From Corallococcus sp. AS-1-12 (GTDB taxonomy: Bacteria; Myxococcota; Myxococcia; Myxococcales; Myxococcaceae): a stretch of DNA of 64,000 nucleotides. Location of the stretch: NCBI RefSeq assembly GCF_020036995.1, contig NZ_JAIQDD010000010.1:97433-161432 (forward strand), written 5' to 3'. Position 1 is the stretch's first letter. Every line of letters begins with the position of its first letter. The notes below the pieces were generated by a model. The model had not been told where the DNA came from. It searched no databases and worked only from the letters and a program-made list of their open reading frames with translations. Positions 58,204 to 64,000 of the stretch are shown here, piece after piece. The translations under genes were made by a program, and so were the position numbers.

Positions 58204-59510
58204 CCAGCGCCATCGCGTCTCCGGACGCCATCGTGCTCCGCAACGTGGTGAAGCGCTTCCGGAAGAGCACCATCCGGCGCGAGTACACCACCATCAAGTC
58301 GGAGCTCATCCGCTTCCTGCGAGGCCAGCGCGACACGGACGGCAAGTCCATGATCGAAGCGCTCCGGGGCATCGACCTGGTGGTGCCCCGCGGCAAGACG
58401 GTGGGCATCATCGGGCGCAACGGCTCCGGCAAGAGCACGCTGCTCAAGCTCATCTCCGGCATCTACACGCCGACCACGGGCACCATCGACATCAACGGGC
58501 GCATCAGCGCGCTGTTGGACCTGGGCGCGGGCTTCCACCCGGACTTCTCCGGCCGGGAGAACATCCTCATCAACGGCATCATCCTGGGGATGTCGCGCGC
58601 GGAGGTGAAGGCGCGCATGGAGGAGATCATCGCCTTCAGCGAGCTGGGCGACTTCATCGACGAGCCGGTGCGCACCTACTCCAGCGGCATGTACATGCGC
58701 CTGGCGTTCTCCGTGGCCACGCACGTGGACCCGGACATCCTCATCATCGACGAGATCCTCGCCGTCGGTGACGAGCACTTCGGCAAGAAGAGCCTGGCGA
58801 AGATGACGGAGTTCAAGCGGGCCGGGAAGACCATCGTCATCGTCACCCACGACCTGGGGACGCTGGAGCGCTGGTGCGACCTGGGCGCGTGGATCGACGC
58901 CGGGCGCATCCGCGAGTTCGGCCCGCCCGCGGACGTCATCCGCAGCTACCGCCGCGCGGTGGAGCTGGCGGAGGAGCGCGGCATGTCCATGGAGGCGCCC
59001 GCGCTGGCGTCGGACGGCGGCGCGCTGCCCTCGCTGGCGGCGCCCCAGGCCGAACCGTCCCCGCTCACCCTGGAGGCGGTGACGCTGAAGGGCCGGGACG
59101 GCGGGGCGGTGGAGTGCGTGGACACCGAGGACGGCCTGGAGCTGAGCGTCGCGTACACCGCGAATGCGCCCGCGCCGGAGCTGGGCCTGGGGCTGGAGCT
59201 CCTCCGGGCGGACGGGGTGCTGGTGCACGCCACGGACACGTTCGCGGAGGAGGTGCCCTTCTGCGCGGCGGCGGCAGGCAGCGGGACGGTGCGCTTCGTG
59301 GTGGACCGGCTGGGCCTCACCGCGGGGCGCTACGCGTTCACGGTGGTGGTGCGCGACCGGGCGGGGCAGGTGCGGGAGAAGCGCGAGGCGGCGTGCGCCT
59401 TCGAGGTGCGCTCCGGCGTGCGGGACGGCGGGGTGACGCGGCCTCCACACCGGTGGATTGTCGAGGGCGCCGCGGCTCGCGTGGCGCCGGTGCGAGACGT
59501 CGGCTCGTGA
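58200..59510 (+). CDS. wzt: O-antigen export ABC ATP-binding protein with C-terminal carbohydrate-binding-type domain
   Basis: Walker A (GRNGSGKST), signature (YSSGMYMRLAF), Walker B (ILIIDEILAVGD). C-terminal ~180-aa extension typical of Wzt. ATGA overlap with wzm. Confidence 0.85.
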   Translation: MTSAIASPDAIVLRNVVKRFRKSTIRREYTTIKSELIRFLRGQRDTDGKSMIEALRGIDLVVPRGKTVGIIGRNGSGKSTLLKLISGIYTPTTGTIDINGRISALLDLGAGFHPDFSGRENILINGIILGMSRAEVKARMEEIIAFSELGDFIDEPVRTYSSGMYMRLAFSVATHVDPDILIIDEILAVGDEHFGKKSLAKMTEFKRAGKTIVIVTHDLGTLERWCDLGAWIDAGRIREFGPPADVIRSYRRAVELAEERGMSMEAPALASDGGALPSLAAPQAEPSPLTLEAVTLKGRDGGAVECVDTEDGLELSVAYTANAPAPELGLGLELLRADGVLVHATDTFAEEVPFCAAAAGSGTVRFVVDRLGLTAGRYAFTVVVRDRAGQVREKREAACAFEVRSGVRDGGVTRPPHRWIVEGAAARVAPVRDVGS

Positions 59511-60358
59511 GCGGCCCTGCTTCGGCGAACGGGGGGGGGCCGGGCATCTGGCTGGGCATCGTGCTTTACCGGAACCCGGAGCGGGAGCTGGAGCGACTGT
59601 GGGAGTCGCTCCGGTGGAACCGCGAGGTCCCGGGTGCGCCCGCGTTCCGGGTCGTCTGGCTGGACAACTCGCCGGACGACACGCTGCGCGCGCGGGTTGC
59701 GCGGCTGGACGCGGACGCGGACTACCGGCACGCGGGCGGCAACCTGGGCTTCGGGGCCGCGCACAACCGGCTGATGGCGGAGGCCTTCGGCTCGGGCGGG
59801 GCGCGGTACTACGTCTGCGTGAACCCGGACGGGCTGCTGCATCCGGACTGCGTGCGGGAGCTGGCCCGTGAGGCGGATCAGCGCGCGGACACGGGGCTGG
59901 TGGAGGCGCGGCTGTTCCCGGACGAGCACCCCAAGCCGTACCACCCGGCGACGGGCGAGACGCCCTGGTGCAGCGGCTGCGTGCTGCTGGTGACGAAGCG
60001 GCTGCACGCGCGGGTGGGGGGCTTCGACGAGCGCTTCTTCATGTACTGCGAGGACGTGGACCTGTCGTGGCGCGCGAGGGCCTCCGGGCTGTCCATCCGG
60101 GTGGCGCCCGCCGCGCTGGTGCACCACTACACCGTCACCCGCGAGGAGAGCCCGGTGCGCGAGCGGATGGTCCGCCGCAGCGCGGCCCTGCTCGGGGCGA
60201 AGTACGGGGACGCGGCGTTCATGAACGCCCGCCTGCGGGAGTACGCGCAATTGGGCGGCGAGCCGTTCCCGACGCCGGACGTCCTCAAGCCCGGTCGGAA
60301 GCTCGCGGGCATCGCGGACTTCAGGCACCACCTGGAGTTCGCCCGGAGGCGCTGGTGA
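59507..60358 (+). CDS. glycosyltransferase family 2
   Basis: GT2 motifs (VVWLDNSPDD; YCEDVDLSWR). GTG 59507 overlaps the wzt stop (GTGA). Alternative start at GTG 59561. A G9 tract at 59531-59539 lies within codons 9-11. Confidence 0.7.
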   Translation: MSGPASANGGGPGIWLGIVLYRNPERELERLWESLRWNREVPGAPAFRVVWLDNSPDDTLRARVARLDADADYRHAGGNLGFGAAHNRLMAEAFGSGGARYYVCVNPDGLLHPDCVRELAREADQRADTGLVEARLFPDEHPKPYHPATGETPWCSGCVLLVTKRLHARVGGFDERFFMYCEDVDLSWRARASGLSIRVAPAALVHHYTVTREESPVRERMVRRSAALLGAKYGDAAFMNARLREYAQLGGEPFPTPDVLKPGRKLAGIADFRHHLEFARRRW

Positions 60359-61776
60359 ACGCTCTATCCGAGGAGGCCTCCCCGTCCGCCGCGACCGAGC
60401 GGTGGATGGAGTGGGTGCGGTCGCGTGCGCGCGCGGGCGCGGTGGTGAGCCTGGTGGGCGCGTCGCCCGCGCTGGCGGAGGCCCTGCGGGCCCGGGGCCT
60501 CTCCGTGCGGGCGCTGCCGGGGCCGGAGTGGAAGCGGGGCAAGGGGCCCGCGCCGTCGCTGGTGGTGCTGGAGGGCGACGCGGTCGAGCGGGTGCTGGAG
60601 GAGGGGCTGGAGGCGCTGCGGCGCGAGGCGCCGGGGGCGGAGCTGGTGTTCGGCCTGCGCAACGCGGGCTCGGCGCGGGCGTTGATGGGCGCGCTGACGG
60701 GCGAGGCGCCGGTGCGCGCGGGGCTCTCCGAGCAGCGGATGTTGCGGCGGCTGGCCGAGGCGGGCTACCGCGTGGCGCACCGCGAGGTGGTGCCGTGCGC
60801 GTCCGGAGGCACGGCGCTGGCGGAGGACACCGCGCAGGCGCTGCGGGCGGTGCTGGCCCAGGTGTCGCCGTCCACGCAGGTGGAGGAGGGGCTCTACGTC
60901 GCGGTGCCGGACGAGCCCGTGCGCGCGCTGGTGGCGGGGCTGCTCAGCGTCGTCGTCACGGTGGATCCGGGGGCGCGGGACGCGGCGCTCGACGAGGCGC
61001 TCTTCGCGCTGGCCTGTCAGGAGCAGCAGCCGTTGGAGTTGCTGCTCGCGGCGCCCGAGGGCGTGGACCTGTCCGCGGCGGAGGCGGCGCTGGAGCGCTA
61101 CGGCAGGTTGGGGTCGTTCCAGGCGCGCGTCGTGCGTGCGTCCTCGGGGGCCCTGTACGCGGAGGCCGTGCGCGAGGCGCGGGGACAGTACCTGTCATTC
61201 GTGGACGCGCGGTGCCTGGTGTATCCGCGTCACTACGTGGAGCTGGTGCGCGCGCTCCAGACGGGCCGCGAGGCCTGGGCGGTGGCGCGGGCGTTCCGCA
61301 CCGAGTGGGCGTCCAGTGAGGGAACTCCGCCCTACGTGCGCGCGAAGGTGCCATTCCCGCTGGGTGAGCGGCTGGAGGTGGAGCACCTGGTGCAGCATCC
61401 GGAGCTCGTCCACGCGATGGTGATCGACCGGGGTCGCATCGGTCCCTTCGCGGTGGCGACGGAGTCGGGGCTCGGGGAGCTGCCCGCGCGGCTGGGGGCG
61501 TTGTTTCCGCCGGTGTTCCTGGGCGGCATCGCCTCATGCGAGGTGCGAGGGCCGCGCGAACCGCCGGCGGCCGCGATGGCTCCGGGGACCTGGTTGCTGC
61601 GCCCCCTGGATGCATGGGTGGAAGCCGTGGCGCGGATCCGCGACGAGACGCTCCAGGCCCGGGAGTTCCGCCACCGGATGGTGGACGCGCTGAACGCGCG
61701 AGTCCACGGCATCCCCTGGGTTCACAGCACGCTCAAGACCCTGGCGAACCGGCTCAAGTCCGGCAACGAGCGCTGA
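60355..61776 (+). CDS. hypothetical protein in the O-antigen operon
   Basis: GTGA overlap with the upstream GT. No firm motif. Weak GT-like segment (QYLSFVDARCLVYP). Confidence 0.55.
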   Translation: MNALSEEASPSAATERWMEWVRSRARAGAVVSLVGASPALAEALRARGLSVRALPGPEWKRGKGPAPSLVVLEGDAVERVLEEGLEALRREAPGAELVFGLRNAGSARALMGALTGEAPVRAGLSEQRMLRRLAEAGYRVAHREVVPCASGGTALAEDTAQALRAVLAQVSPSTQVEEGLYVAVPDEPVRALVAGLLSVVVTVDPGARDAALDEALFALACQEQQPLELLLAAPEGVDLSAAEAALERYGRLGSFQARVVRASSGALYAEAVREARGQYLSFVDARCLVYPRHYVELVRALQTGREAWAVARAFRTEWASSEGTPPYVRAKVPFPLGERLEVEHLVQHPELVHAMVIDRGRIGPFAVATESGLGELPARLGALFPPVFLGGIASCEVRGPREPPAAAMAPGTWLLRPLDAWVEAVARIRDETLQAREFRHRMVDALNARVHGIPWVHSTLKTLANRLKSGNER

Positions 61777-61780
61777 GACG

Positions 61781-64000
61781 ATGGGCACCGCCGACAGCGA
61801 GGGCCCACGTAACCCGCGAGGGACGTCAGGAGTCGGGGGCGCGGAGATGGGCCCGGCCAATCCTAAGGCATCCTCTGCTTCGTCCGGAGCTGCCGGTGGC
61901 CGGGCGGGTCCGCCGCACGATGTCTTCGTCGAGGTGCTGGGCTTCGACGTGCCTCGGTCGCACCGCGCGCGCTGGGGCCCGATCATCACCGCCGCCAAAC
62001 GCTGGGGGACACGGGGGCTTTCTCCCTTGCAGCGGTGGGTGCTGGACCGCCAACTGCGCTTTGACCTGCGGCTGAGAGCGTTGATCCGGGCGCCGGACCA
62101 CACGCTTCCGGAGCGAGCCCGTGAGGAACTGTCGCGACTCGCGGATCCGCGTCCCGGGGGCGCGGTGGGCCGGTGGCTTCCCTCCGTGCCGGGGCTGGAG
62201 GCGCAGCGGGCCTGGAACCTCGCGGTCGTGGCCCTGCTCTCCAATGCCGGGTGGCCCCTTCGGACCGAGGGCGCCGCCGAGGCGCTGGACGCACTGGAAG
62301 CCCGCTGCGACGTGCTGTCTCAAGAGGCCCGAGCCGTGGGCCTTCCCCTGTGGCGCGAGCTGTGGCGCCGGCAGGTCGCCTTCAATCACGCGACCGTGCG
62401 CCTGTTGCGGCACCTCCTTGGCGCGGCCCGTCCGGTCGTGCTGTTGCCCGCGCCGGAGTCGTACACGCGCGAGGCCCTGGCGCAGGAGGCTCGCGAGGTC
62501 CGCGACGCGACCGCCGCGCTGACCCGGCTGGCGCACCGGCCTCGGATCAGCCTCGTCACGCCTGCCTGGGAGACGCCGGTGGACGTCCTCCGCGCGTGCG
62601 TCGCGTCCGTGCGCGCTCAGGTGTATCCGCACTGGGAGCTGTGCATCGTGGACGACGGCTCGCGCTCGGCGGCGGTCGCGGACGTGCTGCGTGAGGCCGC
62701 TGCCGGCGACGCGCGGATCCGCTTCGAGCGGCTGGAGTCGAACCAGGGCATCGCCCGCGCCACCAACGCGGCGCTGGCACTGGCCACCGGCGAGTACGTG
62801 GGCTTCCTTGACCATGACGACCTGCTGGCGCCGCACGCGCTGGCCGAGGTCGCGCTGCGGCTCGGGGAGACTCCGGACGCGGATGTCGTCTACTCGGACG
62901 AGGACAAGGTGGACGCGCGGGGGCTGCGCTTCGCGCCCTACCTGAAGCCCGCGCTGTCCCCGGAGCTGCTGCGCGCGGTGAACTACGTGTGCCACTTCCT
63001 CGTGGTGCGCGCATCACTGCTGCGCGAGGTGGGAGGCATCCGCCCGGGCTTCGAGGGCGCGCAGGACCATGACCTGCTCCTGCGCCTGATGGAGCGCACT
63101 CCGCGCTTCGACCACATCCCCCGCGTGCTCTACCACTGGCGGACGCTGCCCGGCTCCACGGCCACGGACGCCAGCGCGAAGCCCGCGGCCTCCGAAGCGG
63201 GCCGCAGGGCCGTGGCGGAGCACCTGGCGCGCATGGGGGAGGGCGGCTCGGCGGAGACGGTCGCGCCAGGGCTGTACCGCATCCGCCACCCGCTCGTGGG
63301 CCGCCCCCGGGTGTCCGTGCTGCTCTCGGAATCACCCACCGACTCCGAGCTCGCGGCGCTCCTCGCCTTCACGGACGACCTGGACGTGGAGGTCCGCGTC
63401 CCTGCTTCGTCTCCCGGCGCCGCCTCCACCAGCAACGTCATCCCCGTCGAAGTGGACGCGGCCTTGAGCCCGGGCGCCGTGGCGAACCGGCTGCTGCGCG
63501 AGGCCCGGGGCGAGCTCATCCTCGTCCTGGAGGCCGGCACGCTCCCGACCGGAGCGGGGTGGCTGAGGGAGCTCGCGTCACAGGCCTCGCGCCCCGGCGT
63601 CGGCGTGGTGGGCGCGCGCATCGTCTCTCCCGGAGGACAGGTGCTGGAGGCCGGCCTGCGCTTCGACGCCGAGGGCCGGGTGCTGCGCCCCTTCGCAGGG
63701 CTGTTCGATCCCACGCTCGGCGCGTTCGGCGGCTCGCATTGGCCCCGGGACGTGCGCGCCGTCTCCAGCGCCTGCGCGATGATCCGCCGCGAGGTCCTGG
63801 AGTCACTCGGTGGTTGGGACGCGGCCTTCACGTCCGACGAGGCCCGGGGCGTGGACCTGTGCCTGCGCGCGGGCGAAGCCGGGCTGCGTGTCCTCTACGC
63901 ACCCCATGCGCGCCTCGTGCGCACCCGTGCGCGGGAGGGCGCACCTGCGGCTTCCCACGATGCCGACCGGCTCCGTGAAGCGTGGGTTCGCGCGGGACGG
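61781..64000 (+). CDS. large multi-domain glycosyltransferase (N-terminal domain + two GT2 domains); 3' end beyond window
   Basis: Frame-2 ORF runs open from ATG 61781 to the window end. First GT2 domain (ISLVTPAWETPVDVLRACVASVRAQVYPHWELCIVDDGS...FLDHDD...YSDEDK). Second GT2-like domain (ILVLEAG...VGVVGARIV...CAMIRREVLESLGGWD). Confidence 0.75.
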   Translation, partial: MGTADSEGPRNPRGTSGVGGAEMGPANPKASSASSGAAGGRAGPPHDVFVEVLGFDVPRSHRARWGPIITAAKRWGTRGLSPLQRWVLDRQLRFDLRLRALIRAPDHTLPERAREELSRLADPRPGGAVGRWLPSVPGLEAQRAWNLAVVALLSNAGWPLRTEGAAEALDALEARCDVLSQEARAVGLPLWRELWRRQVAFNHATVRLLRHLLGAARPVVLLPAPESYTREALAQEAREVRDATAALTRLAHRPRISLVTPAWETPVDVLRACVASVRAQVYPHWELCIVDDGSRSAAVADVLREAAAGDARIRFERLESNQGIARATNAALALATGEYVGFLDHDDLLAPHALAEVALRLGETPDADVVYSDEDKVDARGLRFAPYLKPALSPELLRAVNYVCHFLVVRASLLREVGGIRPGFEGAQDHDLLLRLMERTPRFDHIPRVLYHWRTLPGSTATDASAKPAASEAGRRAVAEHLARMGEGGSAETVAPGLYRIRHPLVGRPRVSVLLSESPTDSELAALLAFTDDLDVEVRVPASSPGAASTSNVIPVEVDAALSPGAVANRLLREARGELILVLEAGTLPTGAGWLRELASQASRPGVGVVGARIVSPGGQVLEAGLRFDAEGRVLRPFAGLFDPTLGAFGGSHWPRDVRAVSSACAMIRREVLESLGGWDAAFTSDEARGVDLCLRAGEAGLRVLYAPHARLVRTRAREGAPAASHDADRLREAWVRAGR

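Overview
High-GC (~70%) myxobacterial chromosome segment. The gene content and order match Myxococcus xanthus-type loci: bacN-bacO-bacP-padC, the xseB-ispA-dxs operon, pyrE, nadB, tandem tRNA-Gly, and a wzm-wzt-glycosyltransferase O-antigen (rfb-like) operon. About 59 protein genes and 2 tRNAs are called; there is no CRISPR array, IS element or integrase. Many genes are translationally coupled (ATGA or GTGA overlaps). The main system of interest lies at ~18.3-33.4 kb. It is a Tad/Flp-like module (Flp-type prepilin candidate, CpaB, TadB, TadC) that lacks a secretin, a CpaF ATPase, TadZ and a prepilin peptidase in this window. It is embedded with two large FHA-domain proteins, two standalone MshEN (GspE-N, predicted c-di-GMP-binding) paralogs, an orphan OppD/OppF-like ABC ATPase pair, a DUF2085 membrane protein, an ECF sigma/anti-sigma pair and an adjacent ExbB/ExbD pair. 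This resembles the Tad-like 'Kil' contact-dependent predation apparatus (cluster 2) reported for M. xanthus, with several unannotated or odd details. The first FHA gene has no canonical start codon ahead of an intact FHA domain. It also carries 96-bp tandem repeats. The last FHA gene overlaps xseA by ATGA. Other notable points: a c-di-GMP theme (an HD-GYP response regulator, a hybrid kinase with a degenerate GGDEF domain, the MshEN proteins); a possible frameshift in an Smr-domain gene; a G9 homopolymer inside the 5' end of a glycosyltransferase gene in the O-antigen operon; a HEAT-repeat/cyclophilin fusion lipoprotein; and a co-oriented ZnR-membrane/MoxR/DUF58/SNF2 cluster. All functional calls rest on motif reading of the supplied translations; no database search was possible.
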